A DNA stretch of 64,000 nt from Candidatus Colwellbacteria bacterium. Lineage in GTDB: Bacteria; Patescibacteriota; Minisyncoccia; UBA6257; Colwellbacteraceae. Each line of letters starts with the position of its first letter. The stretch's first letter is position 1. The notes under the pieces were generated by a model, which saw only the letters and a program-made list of their open reading frames with translations, did no database searches and had not been told where the DNA came from. Shown here piece by piece: positions 1 through 9,220 of the stretch. A program made the translations under genes and the position numbers. The DNA lies in assembly GCA_028710275.1 (NCBI GenBank), contig JAQTUL010000002.1:12855-76854 (forward strand), written 5' to 3'.

Positions 1-263
1 ATTTATTTTAAACGTATTAAATGGATTGATGAAACAAGTTTTCTATTACATGCGTGGGAATGGCAACCATGCGACCAAGTTCTGATATGTGATCTATCTA
101 AATTCTTTGCTGATCCAGAGAAATACAGCATGGACATGATCTGGTTTGAAGATGATTGGAAGACGTATCCTTCAGTCAAAGATGGAAAGGTTTGTATGGA
201 AGGAGATGATACAGATGAAGAAAGTGATTAAGCGTTTGACAAATATTTCTATAGACTAACACT

Positions 264-770
264 ATGGCCTCTACATCTTATCATCACGCACAATTAGTTG
301 ATACACAGTTGTTTCTCGGATCATTAGAAGCAGCAAACGATGAGAAATGGTTACGAGCAAATAATATTACCCACATCGTAGGTATGATAGACATACAGAA
401 ACGATTTCCCAAGATAGAGTATCTAACGTACGGAGATATAGGAGATATACAGAATCAGAATATTGTAAGGTTCTTCGGTCCATGTTTCGCTTTCATTGAA
501 AGAGGAAAGTCTGGAGGAGGTAATGTTCTTGTTCACTGTCACGCGGGAATCTCTCGATCGACAACGATTGTTGTTGGTTTTATAATGTACGAAAAGGGAA
601 CCTCGTTGGATGAGACATTTGCATCTGTAAAGAGTAGAAGATCTATTATCTTTCCTAACTACGGATTTCTTCTACAGTTGAAAGTTTTTGATCGTCTTAG
701 CCATAAGGATAGACAGATCTGGTGTCAATACAATAGAGATACACCTCTACAAACTGATGTCTCTTTTTAA
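264..770 (+). CDS. dual-specificity protein phosphatase
   Basis: 168 aa ORF with the canonical phosphatase P-loop VHCHAGISRSTT (HCxxGxxRS). ATG at 264 verified. Confidence 0.8.
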   Translation: MASTSYHHAQLVDTQLFLGSLEAANDEKWLRANNITHIVGMIDIQKRFPKIEYLTYGDIGDIQNQNIVRFFGPCFAFIERGKSGGGNVLVHCHAGISRSTTIVVGFIMYEKGTSLDETFASVKSRRSIIFPNYGFLLQLKVFDRLSHKDRQIWCQYNRDTPLQTDVSF

Positions 771-812
771 AAGCTTCGGCCCAATGGAATGGACTACTTC
801 GTACTTTTAACG
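766..812. repeat. 45 bp element AAAAGCTTCGGYCCAAT..ATGGACTACTTCGTACTTTT (copy 1); second copy at 41842-41890
   Basis: ttttaaaagcttcggcccaatggaatggactacttcgtacttttaacg versus ttttaaaagcttcggtccaatacattggactacttcgtactttttaaaag. The CTTCGTACTT core recurs at 61218. Confidence 0.75.
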
Positions 813-869
813 ATAGAGAAAAATGAAACGTATTACTATTTATAAGTATATAGTAATATAGCACTAGTT

Positions 870-1364
870 ATGTCGTCTGATTCCAATCATAAGAGTATCT
901 GTAAATCTATCTACGCTGAAGCCGGCTTCAGTGGAATTATAACTGCTCTGAAAATGTTTCCTGAGCGTCTTCACGATGAGATGTTGGAGGAACTCTCAAT
1001 GAACATGTTCGAATGGGAGTGTAAGCTTCGTCCAGAGGAGAAGGAGGATATGGAGAAAAATCTCTCTTCTCACGCGGTTTTACTTGCTCTTCAGGATATT
1101 AGTGTTCTAAAATCTCTACAGGAGTCAATTCATCAACTGTCTCTGGATGAACAGATGGTCGAGGATAAGAGAGATTATCTGATTAAGATAATTGAAGAGT
1201 TTCCTTCTATTCTTCCAGAGACCGATATTGATAGTATTGCGATAGTCGATGAGGAATTAGAGACTATCCGAAAGAGGGCTTTGAATATCGGAGAACAGAT
1301 TGATAATCTCTCAGAGAAAGTCGATAAGAAAACCGAGCGTCGAAATGACTCTCTCTTTGAGTAA
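870..1364 (+). CDS. hypothetical protein, acidic with coiled-coil
   Basis: 164 aa ATG-initiated ORF with protein-like composition. No recognisable motif. Confidence 0.5.
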   Translation: MSSDSNHKSICKSIYAEAGFSGIITALKMFPERLHDEMLEELSMNMFEWECKLRPEEKEDMEKNLSSHAVLLALQDISVLKSLQESIHQLSLDEQMVEDKRDYLIKIIEEFPSILPETDIDSIAIVDEELETIRKRALNIGEQIDNLSEKVDKKTERRNDSLFE

Positions 1365-1419
1365 CAACTTTGAAAAGACTTTTTGTAATAACTTTACTAT
1401 TACAAAACGCATCGGTCGT

Positions 1420-1830
1420 ATGAAAAGATTATTAACTCTTTTACTCCTGATCTCTATTATTCTTATGTTGAGATACACCAAAGTCGGATGTAATGTGACA
1501 TCATTTATTATCGTCAAACTTGTACAACTAGTACATCTTCTCTTGATTCTCTTTATCGTATTAGGTCCGTTTGTCATAAAGGAGAAGGAGGTCCTTCTTT
1601 TTTATGTGGTGGTTGTCTCATTTATAATTTTTCATTGGATTCTCTCGAGTGATGTCTGCGCTTTAACATTACTGGAACAATGGGTCACTGGAAATCCATC
1701 AGAGTTTACGTTTGTAGGTCGTCTAGTTAAACCTGTATACAACATAACAAATCGTCATGTAATGTGTCTTACTGTAATTCTTTTATTGATCGCCTTTACT
1801 AGAGCTGTAAGAATGTACAAGTTACTCTAG
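1420..1830 (+). CDS. small multi-pass membrane protein
   Basis: The track ORF 1300-1830 starts at TTG. The first in-frame ATG at 1420 gives MKRLLTLLLLISIILML followed by 3-4 hydrophobic helices. Confidence 0.4.
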   Translation: MKRLLTLLLLISIILMLRYTKVGCNVTSFIIVKLVQLVHLLLILFIVLGPFVIKEKEVLLFYVVVVSFIIFHWILSSDVCALTLLEQWVTGNPSEFTFVGRLVKPVYNITNRHVMCLTVILLLIAFTRAVRMYKLL

Positions 1831-2502
1831 ACGGGAAAACATGATTGAATCACGGAGATAATTTTCTTGTTGAGAAGATATCGGTTGTGAAATTGGAAGA
1901 ACAATATCATGCACCGGAAGAGAAAAATCCTCGTCCGAAAAATTAGGAGATGCGAGATTATCATGAGAGAAGACGATTGGAGTCTCAGCTGAGAAGATAT
2001 ACTCTTCTCCCTCAGAAAGTATAGTCATCTTATTCAAACCGAAGAATTGGGGGGTGATTCCTGATCCAAAGAAATCCTGTCCGGGACCGGCAAACGGTAG
2101 AATATCCGATGTCACATCGACCCCTGCCTCGTCACGAATAGCGGTGATCTCTCGTTGAAGAGGACCACGCTTAATAACAAACGGAACCTTATACCACTTC
2201 ATGTTATGATAGATGTAGACAAACTTACTGTTCTTTGAATGTCCTGTCGATTGTGACCAAGAGAGTTCAACCTTCTCGGGACTGTACATCTTCTGGTGAA
2301 TCATAACTTCGAGAGAGGTTTTCAGGATACGAGCGGACTTACATGTTGATTCGATAAAACCCTTGATCGATGAACAGTCAAGAGATGGATTCTCAGAAGA
2401 GACCATCTTTTGAAGCTCATTGAACTGACAGACTTTAGAATAGAGAAATTGGCTCATCCAGGGAAGTGATGCACCGATACATATAGGAATGATATAGTCC
2501 AT
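1822..2502 (-). CDS. hypothetical protein
   Basis: 226 aa minus-strand ORF. ATG verified (revcomp of ..gtccat at 2502). No clear motif. Confidence 0.5.
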   Translation of the reverse strand: MDYIIPICIGASLPWMSQFLYSKVCQFNELQKMVSSENPSLDCSSIKGFIESTCKSARILKTSLEVMIHQKMYSPEKVELSWSQSTGHSKNSKFVYIYHNMKWYKVPFVIKRGPLQREITAIRDEAGVDVTSDILPFAGPGQDFFGSGITPQFFGLNKMTILSEGEEYIFSAETPIVFSHDNLASPNFSDEDFSLPVHDIVLPISQPISSQQENYLRDSIMFSRLE

Positions 2503-2597
2503 TTGGGTAGTTATTATTAAGACTATAGCTTTAGCATACTTTTATCTTTCAGATTTGACTGAAAGATAAAGTTGGAATAAGTCTGATTCAGACAATT

Positions 2598-3065
2598 TTA
2601 TTGTGAACTACCACTTGAAGAAGAGTCACCCTTCTTCTCTCTTGCGAGAAGAGTCTCACGAAGATGATCACGCATATCGCTCTGACGACCAATCTCCGAT
2701 TTCCCTTTCATCTTCTCCTTTTTCTCCTTATCCTCAGCGATATGACGGGCGTCATTCTGTTCTCTCATCAACGCCTTTAGTTCCTCATGAGATGAGTTGG
2801 TAAGCATAACAATCTGCTTCTTAAGATCATTTACATTCTGATTGAGATGTGTGAAAATAGCAATGGAGGGCTCCTCACGATTGATCTTTCCATCATCAGA
2901 GATACCGATATCACTAGCGACACGGCGACACTCGGCAATAACATAGATAAGTGTAGAGATCAGGTCCTTATTATCACTCTCGGTAGTATCACCCTTCAAT
3001 TTCTTTGCCGCATAGTTATTCTTCGCGAGGTTAAGCGCAACGATTCGAGATTTCAATTCCTCCAT
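2598..3065 (-). CDS. hypothetical charged protein with coiled-coil
   Basis: 155 aa minus-strand ORF. ATG verified (revcomp of ctccat at 3065). K/E-rich. Confidence 0.45.
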   Translation of the reverse strand: MEELKSRIVALNLAKNNYAAKKLKGDTTESDNKDLISTLIYVIAECRRVASDIGISDDGKINREEPSIAIFTHLNQNVNDLKKQIVMLTNSSHEELKALMREQNDARHIAEDKEKKEKMKGKSEIGRQSDMRDHLRETLLAREKKGDSSSSGSSQ

Positions 3066-3146
3066 ATTGAGATTAGATACAGAACTTTTCTATTAAACGG
3101 GTTAATAAAAATTGTTCTCAGTTCTAATTATCAAACTTATTTTATC

Positions 3147-4280
3147 ATGCCACCAAAGAAAACTATAGAAGATTATTATAAGCTTGCTGACAGATTCTGT
3201 ATTACATATGTAGATGAATGCAGATTCCCTAAAAATAGTAGAGAAAAATATAAATGGAAATGTACAGAAGGACACGAGTATATATCTAGTTATAATAACA
3301 TTCAACAAGGAAGAGAGTGTCCTTTATGCGCAGAGAAAAAGAGATTGGAATTCATGAAGACTACAAGAAATACGAAAGAGATGTACGTAGACCTAGGTGA
3401 AGAAAAAGGTTTTGAATTTATCGACGAAAGAGAACCTGTGGGTAATAAGGAACGATATAAATGGCGATGTGGAGATAATCATATATGGGAATCCTCTTAC
3501 AACGATATTCAAGGGGGTCATGGTTGTCCATACTGTTATGGTAATATCCCAAAGACTAAAGAAGATTTTCTAAAGTTAGCAGAACGAAAAGGATTTGAAT
3601 TTATAGATGACAGAGAACCTATAAACAACTCGATAAAATATAAATGGAAATGTAAGAAAGAAGGACATGTTAAAATGTCGGAATATAGAACTATGTTATA
3701 TGCCGGGTGTATGGAATGTTATAATAAAATAAGAGGTGATAAGTCGAGACATACCGAAGAGGACTATTTAAATTTAGCAAAGAAGTTTAATATAGAGTTT
3801 GTCGATATATACAAAAAGACAGATTGTGACGAAAAATATAAATGGAAATGTGAAGAGGGACATATATGGATATCTAATTATCATAAAATATATACAGGAT
3901 ACGGGTGTAATCAATGTTCATCTAATCAAAATGAAAAGTTTTGTACTCGTATATTGGAGAAATTAACAGGTTTTCCTTTTGTAAAGATAAGACCTCCGTG
4001 GTTGGGTAAATTAGAATTGGATGGATATTGTGAAAAATTAAATTTAGCGTTCGAATATCAGGGACTTCAGCATTATGAATACATCCCGTTTTTCCATCAA
4101 AACGATATAGAACGATTTAATGGTCAATTAGAACGTGATATACGAAAGAAAGAATTATGTAAAGAAAACGGTACCATTCTATTATGTATTCCATATCAGT
4201 ATAATTGTCGTAATCCAGAAGGATTAGAACAGTATATTATATCACTCATCAAGTTAGAAGAGGATCTCTTGATTATTTAG
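3147..4280 (+). CDS. zinc-ribbon repeat protein fused to Vsr/DUF559-like PD-(D/E)xK endonuclease domain
   Basis: The first ATG (MPPKK) is at 3147. The upstream part of track ORF 2847-4280 overlaps the minus-strand gene. There are four roughly 55 aa repeats (KYKWKC.EGH..S.Y..I..G.GCP.C). The C-terminus ELDGYCEKLNLAFEYQGLQHY matches the DUF559/Vsr-like endonuclease core. Paralog of 11696-13294. Confidence 0.6.
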   Translation: MPPKKTIEDYYKLADRFCITYVDECRFPKNSREKYKWKCTEGHEYISSYNNIQQGRECPLCAEKKRLEFMKTTRNTKEMYVDLGEEKGFEFIDEREPVGNKERYKWRCGDNHIWESSYNDIQGGHGCPYCYGNIPKTKEDFLKLAERKGFEFIDDREPINNSIKYKWKCKKEGHVKMSEYRTMLYAGCMECYNKIRGDKSRHTEEDYLNLAKKFNIEFVDIYKKTDCDEKYKWKCEEGHIWISNYHKIYTGYGCNQCSSNQNEKFCTRILEKLTGFPFVKIRPPWLGKLELDGYCEKLNLAFEYQGLQHYEYIPFFHQNDIERFNGQLERDIRKKELCKENGTILLCIPYQYNCRNPEGLEQYIISLIKLEEDLLII

Positions 4281-5121
4281 ATGAAAGTTTCTTCTCTAGA
4301 GCATCAAGACGTTGATAAATTAAACGGAGACGCCTCGAATTTGAAATTATGTCCTCCACGTCACTATCGACAGGCCCTTCAACAACCTCCTTCTCGACTG
4401 AAGCCACGTTGTCACTCTTGCGACGGATAGTATGTTGAATTCTCTCATCCTCGGAAGAGTCCTCGGAATCAGAAGAGGACACCGGCGATCGTGAGCGATG
4501 GTACTTCTTAGAACCGGCAGACGAACTATCAGCGGAACTCGATCGAGAGGAACGCTTGGACGCAGGAGTACGGGAAGCAGGAGTTCCCTTGCGACGAGAG
4601 ACAGGGGTCTCCTTATGGTTTCGGGGCTTACGACGATCATCCTCACTCTCCGACTCATCAGACGAGGTGTCGTGACGACGACGGGACGATCGTGGATTCG
4701 GACGACGCGATTGACCATGTGACGATTGACCATGAGACGATTTCTCATTTTCACTATCCGAACTCGCATCCTTACGATCCTTGCGTCGAGGGGATCTCTT
4801 AATGACAAGAGGCTCTTCGTCATCAGACACCTCACTCTTGGACTTCTTATCTCCGGAACGACGATCCGACGACTTTGACTTCTCCTCAACGACATCGTCT
4901 TCCTCCTCAACGTGGGATTCAGAATCCTTCGTCTTCTCGAGAAGAGACTTATTATGATCATTGATAGAGACAAGAAGACCCGGACCACCCTTCAGACGAG
5001 TATTCCAGATACCGTTCCCCTGAAGTTGCTTGACAAAGTCCTTACGCTTAGCAGCATCGTCGAGATTCTCTCCTCGCACAACATAAGATTTCTCACTGTA
5101 CTTTTCATAGTTCATCGGCAT
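4273..5121 (-). CDS. hypothetical protein with long RS/SD/E-rich low-complexity tail
   Basis: 282 aa. ATG verified (MPMNYEK). A roughly 70 aa N-terminal globular part is followed by a Ser/Arg/Asp/Glu-rich tail. The antisense ORFs 4347-4988 and 4498-4722 are compositional artefacts. Confidence 0.55.
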   Translation of the reverse strand: MPMNYEKYSEKSYVVRGENLDDAAKRKDFVKQLQGNGIWNTRLKGGPGLLVSINDHNKSLLEKTKDSESHVEEEDDVVEEKSKSSDRRSGDKKSKSEVSDDEEPLVIKRSPRRKDRKDASSDSENEKSSHGQSSHGQSRRPNPRSSRRRHDTSSDESESEDDRRKPRNHKETPVSRRKGTPASRTPASKRSSRSSSADSSSAGSKKYHRSRSPVSSSDSEDSSEDERIQHTIRRKSDNVASVEKEVVEGPVDSDVEDIISNSRRLRLIYQRLDALEKKLSSK

Positions 5122-5201
5122 TGTAAAGTGTTAGTAGAAAGGATGATTTTTTAAACTATCAAATACATAGTAAAAAGTGTAACATATTCAATACCTAAAA
5201 T

Positions 5202-5228
5202 ATTTAATAGATGAGTTATCTATTAAAT
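5202..5228. promoter_or_regulatory. hairpin ATTTAATAGA-tgagtta-TCTATTAAAT in the divergent promoter region between 4273-5121 (-) and 5239 (+)
   Basis: Perfect 10 bp arms. No gene 3' end abuts it, so a pure terminator role does not fit. Confidence 0.4.
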
Positions 5229-5238
5229 TGTAAAGCCA

Positions 5239-6213
5239 ATGAAGATTGCATTCCATGTATATCATTTTACATTCAGAGGAAGTGAGATTGCAGCGTTCGA
5301 TTATGCGCTCTTCAACAGGGAGATCTTAAAAAACTCGTCGATTATTGTCATACCGCGAACACAATCACAACCAGAGAATCCTTTAGTCAAGGAGAAATTC
5401 GAAAACGAGTTTCAGATCTACTACTACGACGATCTCGCACACTTAGAGGAGATCTGTAAGAGGGAAACTGTAGATGCGTTATACACTATCAAATACGGAA
5501 CAAAAGATAAGCTACTTCTAAAGGAGATCCCTGTCTTTGTACACTGTGTCTTTACTACCGAGGAACCACATGGAACTGTTTACGCTGGAGTATCTCAAAG
5601 TGTCGCTAGGAGGAATAATAAATGTGAAACCCCCTTTGTAAATCACATGGTCTATCTTCCGGATATCAAGACTAATTTCAGAGATGATCTCGGAATACCT
5701 TCTAATGCAATTGTGTTCGGTCGACACGGTGGTGATGATACGTTTGATCTTCCATTTGTAAAAGAGGCTATCATTGAATTACTCAATGAGAGAAACGATA
5801 TCTTCTTTCTCTTTGCTGTTCGTCCGAGAATGATGAATGATATCGAACACTCACAGATTATATATCTAGATTCATTTACTGATATGAGAATCAAGACAAA
5901 GTTTATCAATACTTGTGATGCTATGATTCATGCTTGTTCATTAGGTGAAAGTTTCGGTCTATCGATACTGGAATTCTGTCATCAGAATAAACCTGTTATA
6001 ACCTGGACAGGAGGCGCATGGCACAAACAACATCATTCAAATCTCGGATCCAAGGGAATCTACTATACCAACAAGACCTCTGTTAAAAAGATTATGAATG
6101 AGTTCTCTCCATCAGTTCACCAGGGAGAGGATTATAAGAGTCTTGTACTTCCTTTTACACCATCTAAAATTATGAGACAATTCGACGATGTGTTTTTGAA
6201 AGCGATAAAATGA
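5239..6213 (+). CDS. glycosyltransferase (GT1/GT4-like)
   Basis: 324 aa. The C-terminal motif GESFGLSILEFCHQNKPVITWTGG resembles the E(x7)E / EGFGL..EAMA.G.PVI signature of GT-B group 1 glycosyltransferases. Confidence 0.5.
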   Translation: MKIAFHVYHFTFRGSEIAAFDYALFNREILKNSSIIVIPRTQSQPENPLVKEKFENEFQIYYYDDLAHLEEICKRETVDALYTIKYGTKDKLLLKEIPVFVHCVFTTEEPHGTVYAGVSQSVARRNNKCETPFVNHMVYLPDIKTNFRDDLGIPSNAIVFGRHGGDDTFDLPFVKEAIIELLNERNDIFFLFAVRPRMMNDIEHSQIIYLDSFTDMRIKTKFINTCDAMIHACSLGESFGLSILEFCHQNKPVITWTGGAWHKQHHSNLGSKGIYYTNKTSVKKIMNEFSPSVHQGEDYKSLVLPFTPSKIMRQFDDVFLKAIK

Positions 6214-7130
6214 TTTATCTATACAGTCCAATTATATCTACAGACACAACAATGTCTAAACCAGTGGAGATCGTCTTCGAGGATGATAAACCTCTGTATT
6301 CATTGTTTGAAAAGACGAAAGTTAACATATTTCAAACAGCTAAAATTATATCATGGAATGTTAACGGACTTCAAGGAATACTTAAGAAAAATAAGAATGG
6401 AGATAAGAAGTCAAGTTCCGATAAAAATGTTCTGCAACATCTTCTAGATACGGAAAAACCGGACATCATCTGCCTACAAGAGATTCGTTGCTCTGATAAA
6501 TTTAAGTGGGAACCTGAAGATCGAATGAAGTGGTATACCTACGAAAACTATTGTCAATCAAAAAAGGGATATTCAGGAACGTTAATCTCTTCGAAAATCA
6601 AGCCTGTAAATGTAACGTATGGTATGGAAGGTTATGATGATGCTGAAGGTCGGGTAATCACCATGGAGTTTTCAAACTTTTTCTTATTGAATGTGTATAG
6701 TCCGAATTCAGGAACATATAGATTAAAATACAGAACACAGGTTTTTGAACCGTCTTTACATCGTCATGTCGCAAATCTTAATAAACCGGTGGTATTGGTG
6801 GGCGATTTGAACTGTACATTTGAAGATATTGATAAGGGAGTATCTAAACGTATTCCGGGAGATTCTGTAGAAGAACAATTGTGTTCCGCCAAATTATTAT
6901 CACAATGTAAACTTGTTGACACATTCAGATATTTACATCCCACGGATAGAATATATTCATGGTTCTATCCGTGGGATAATAAAAATGGATGTAGATTCGA
7001 CTATATTTTAGTTTCTAAAGAATGGATGAATTTTGTGGTAAGTTCAGATATACTGTATTATTCATCGTCTGATCATCTACCGACACAGATATTTTTAGAT
7101 TTCAAGAAAGATATGCGAGATAAAATATAA
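6210..7130 (+). CDS. AP endonuclease / exodeoxyribonuclease III family (EEP fold)
   Basis: WNVNGL, ICLQEI, GYSGT, NVYSPN, VLVGDLN, VDTFRYLHP, YSWF, RFDYILVS and SDHLP match Xth/APE1 blocks. The start overlaps the upstream stop in ATGA. Confidence 0.85.
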   Translation: MIYLYSPIISTDTTMSKPVEIVFEDDKPLYSLFEKTKVNIFQTAKIISWNVNGLQGILKKNKNGDKKSSSDKNVLQHLLDTEKPDIICLQEIRCSDKFKWEPEDRMKWYTYENYCQSKKGYSGTLISSKIKPVNVTYGMEGYDDAEGRVITMEFSNFFLLNVYSPNSGTYRLKYRTQVFEPSLHRHVANLNKPVVLVGDLNCTFEDIDKGVSKRIPGDSVEEQLCSAKLLSQCKLVDTFRYLHPTDRIYSWFYPWDNKNGCRFDYILVSKEWMNFVVSSDILYYSSSDHLPTQIFLDFKKDMRDKI

Positions 7131-7177
7131 CCATTTTAAAAAATGTATTATAAGTGTATAGTCGATATATACTTATA

Positions 7178-7660
7178 ATGTCGATTCCAAGGGTTGGTGT
7201 ATTATTAGCATATCAGTCAAAAGACACACCCACGAGCTCACCTGAATATCTATGTGTATATCAGGATGCAAGCAAATTATGGGGGTTTCCTAAAGGCCGA
7301 TGGAAAAACTTTGAAACCTACACTCAAGGGGCGTGTAGAGAACTATTAGAGGAAACCGGTATTAAAATCCACCATACTGAATTATCCACTAATAATATGT
7401 ATCATATAAAAAGAGGAAAACACCATCATTACTATTTTGTTAAGGAGGTTAGTCGCAAACCAGTAGTAACTGTTGATGGTGAAGAGATTATCGGATATAA
7501 GTGGATGACCATATCCGATCTCTCAAAGATGAGTGTATCATATTTCACCGATCAGGTTATAAAGAAACTAACAGAGTCTGTACCCGAGGATAATATTGAT
7601 AATCTTATCAAGATTATAGAAACTATTACATTCCGAAATAATATCACTATCTCAGTGTAA
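7178..7660 (+). CDS. Nudix hydrolase (mRNA-decapping-like)
   Basis: The track start 7154 is GTG and the first ATG is at 7178 (MSIPRVG). Perfect Nudix box GRWKNFETYTQGACRELLEETGI (Gx5Ex7REUxEExGU). Confidence 0.75.
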   Translation: MSIPRVGVLLAYQSKDTPTSSPEYLCVYQDASKLWGFPKGRWKNFETYTQGACRELLEETGIKIHHTELSTNNMYHIKRGKHHHYYFVKEVSRKPVVTVDGEEIIGYKWMTISDLSKMSVSYFTDQVIKKLTESVPEDNIDNLIKIIETITFRNNITISV

Positions 7661-7722
7661 ACAACTTTTCAAAAGTGAATTTGTATCTATATTTACAGAT
7701 ATACATACAACTACTTCCCAAA

Positions 7723-8313
7723 ATGTCATCATCAACAATCCTTACAGATCGGAGCGTGAAAACTCTTTTAGAAACACAGTTTCAATCCCGTATGGACAGT
7801 ATCAAAAATCTTATACTCTCTTCTCTTGAAAAGAGAGAAAAAGTTAAAACCGACAGAGAATTTCGTTCTCGATATACGAATAAAAGTATTCATCAACGTC
7901 ATCAGGAACTTAACGGGTGTGGCGCACCTCCACTATTACTTAGACAGTATAATATTTTAGCTGACACAGAGCATACTGATATCCTAGAAGCAAAGAATAA
8001 TATTCAAGCAGAGTATAACAAAAAATTAGTTGAATTCTGTAATTTCTCCGAGGAGGAGATAAAATATATTATCAATACACATATCTCATCACTTTCAACT
8101 GAATCTATCGCCTCAACAATTCCTATTCTATGTACTATTGGGGGAGTAACTTATGTCCTGAAATATTCAGGTGTATTAGAAACTCCCTATCCAGATATCA
8201 GAGGGTTCTTCTTCACTCGTTTTATCATGGAGGATAATATCATTCCGATATTTGATAAGAGATTTTCTTTTTCAACAGAGGGTAACCACTCTGTTTTCTT
8301 GAAATTGTTCTAA
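7723..8313 (+). CDS. hypothetical protein
   Basis: The track start 7675 is GTG and the first ATG is at 7723 (MSSSTIL). No motif. Confidence 0.45.
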   Translation: MSSSTILTDRSVKTLLETQFQSRMDSIKNLILSSLEKREKVKTDREFRSRYTNKSIHQRHQELNGCGAPPLLLRQYNILADTEHTDILEAKNNIQAEYNKKLVEFCNFSEEEIKYIINTHISSLSTESIASTIPILCTIGGVTYVLKYSGVLETPYPDIRGFFFTRFIMEDNIIPIFDKRFSFSTEGNHSVFLKLF

Positions 8314-8380
8314 CTTGTATAGACCAACCAAAATTGATCTCTTTGTTTAGATACTCAATAATATTACTTGACCTTCACAA

Positions 8381-8869
8381 ATGAGTAGGTCTTTCAGTGA
8401 TACGATCTCCCTTCTGGGGAAGATCTACCCTCAGAAAATTACGCGTATGATATCTACGTACACAGTCGATCTACAATCAATAAATAGAGATAACAGAAAA
8501 CTAGAGCAGAGGATGAAGGAGATGAATGAGGAGCTTCGCGCGAATAGAGAATTGACATATTTTATGTTTCTCTCTAACATTATACCGATATCAGATGATA
8601 ATCTGTCGGGATTGAAAATTAAGACTCTGATGCATAATCAATTGACTTCCGTTGTATATAGAGATGTAAAATGGGTTCAGATTCCGGAGACAGACAAATG
8701 TATCTCATATCAAACCATGTTGTCGGATATCATCTCTTGTGATGATGAACAGTATATCTATTTTATCACGCAGATGATGAATAAAACATTCCCCGACCTC
8801 TTTGTTAAGATAGAGGATGATGAGTTGGAAACCGGATGTATTCTTCGTGTGAAGGTTTTCTGGGTGTAA
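8381..8869 (+). CDS. hypothetical protein
   Basis: 162 aa. ATG verified. Confidence 0.5.
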   Translation: MSRSFSDTISLLGKIYPQKITRMISTYTVDLQSINRDNRKLEQRMKEMNEELRANRELTYFMFLSNIIPISDDNLSGLKIKTLMHNQLTSVVYRDVKWVQIPETDKCISYQTMLSDIISCDDEQYIYFITQMMNKTFPDLFVKIEDDELETGCILRVKVFWV

Positions 8870-8897
8870 ACACCGGAATGATAAAAATGAATTAAAC

Positions 8898-8927
8898 GTT
8901 ATCGATACCAATATTGGTATCGATAAC
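8898..8927. terminator. 30 bp perfect palindrome GTTATCGATACCAATATTGGTATCGATAAC between 8381-8869 and 8936
   Basis: Perfect dyad, about 30 nt after the upstream stop and 9 nt before the next ATG. Confidence 0.45.
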
Positions 8928-8935
8928 TATCAAGG

Positions 8936-9151
8936 ATGCCGTATTATAAGTGTTGCCAATGTGAAATGTTCAGAGACGATGAGTTTGTTCGATATAGAAC
9001 ATATATTGAGAGGTTTGATGATATTGTCGGGGATAGAAGATGGAGAGTTTGTCAGGAATGTTCAGATGATAATCATCGTTACACTCGAAAAGTCTATACG
9101 ATAATGGGAGTGTGTTTCGTTGCGTTTATTTTATGGTCTCTTGTTCATTGA
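8936..9151 (+). CDS. small zinc-ribbon protein with C-terminal transmembrane anchor
   Basis: 71 aa with CCQC ... CQEC and a C-terminal hydrophobic helix VCFVAFILWSLV. ATG verified. Confidence 0.4.
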   Translation: MPYYKCCQCEMFRDDEFVRYRTYIERFDDIVGDRRWRVCQECSDDNHRYTRKVYTIMGVCFVAFILWSLVH

Positions 9152-9165
9152 GACCGATGAAGGCT

Positions 9166-9192
9166 CTATTAAATTGAAATCCAATTTAATAG
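9166..9192. terminator. hairpin CTATTAAATTG-aaatc-CAATTTAATAG between 8936-9151 and 9221
   Basis: Perfect 11 bp arms. Confidence 0.45.
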
Positions 9193-9220
9193 ATAAGACA
9201 TTTATTATAAGGAACTCCTG

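Noticed and set aside
2847-3146. Track-reported 5' extension of ORF 2847-4280 (and similar TTG/GTG-initiated extensions at 1300, 7154, 7675, 11669, 20969, 24136, 39578, 50857, 52182, 58989)
   Set aside because: Checking the nucleotides shows non-ATG first codons. These extensions overlap upstream genes or terminator hairpins, so the first in-frame ATG was preferred.
4347-4988. Long antisense and alternative-frame ORFs inside 4273-5121 (4347-4988 minus-strand, 4498-4722 plus-strand)
   Set aside because: Arg-rich translations typical of the frame-shifted reading of a low-complexity GA/GC-rich coding region. They fully overlap a better-supported gene.
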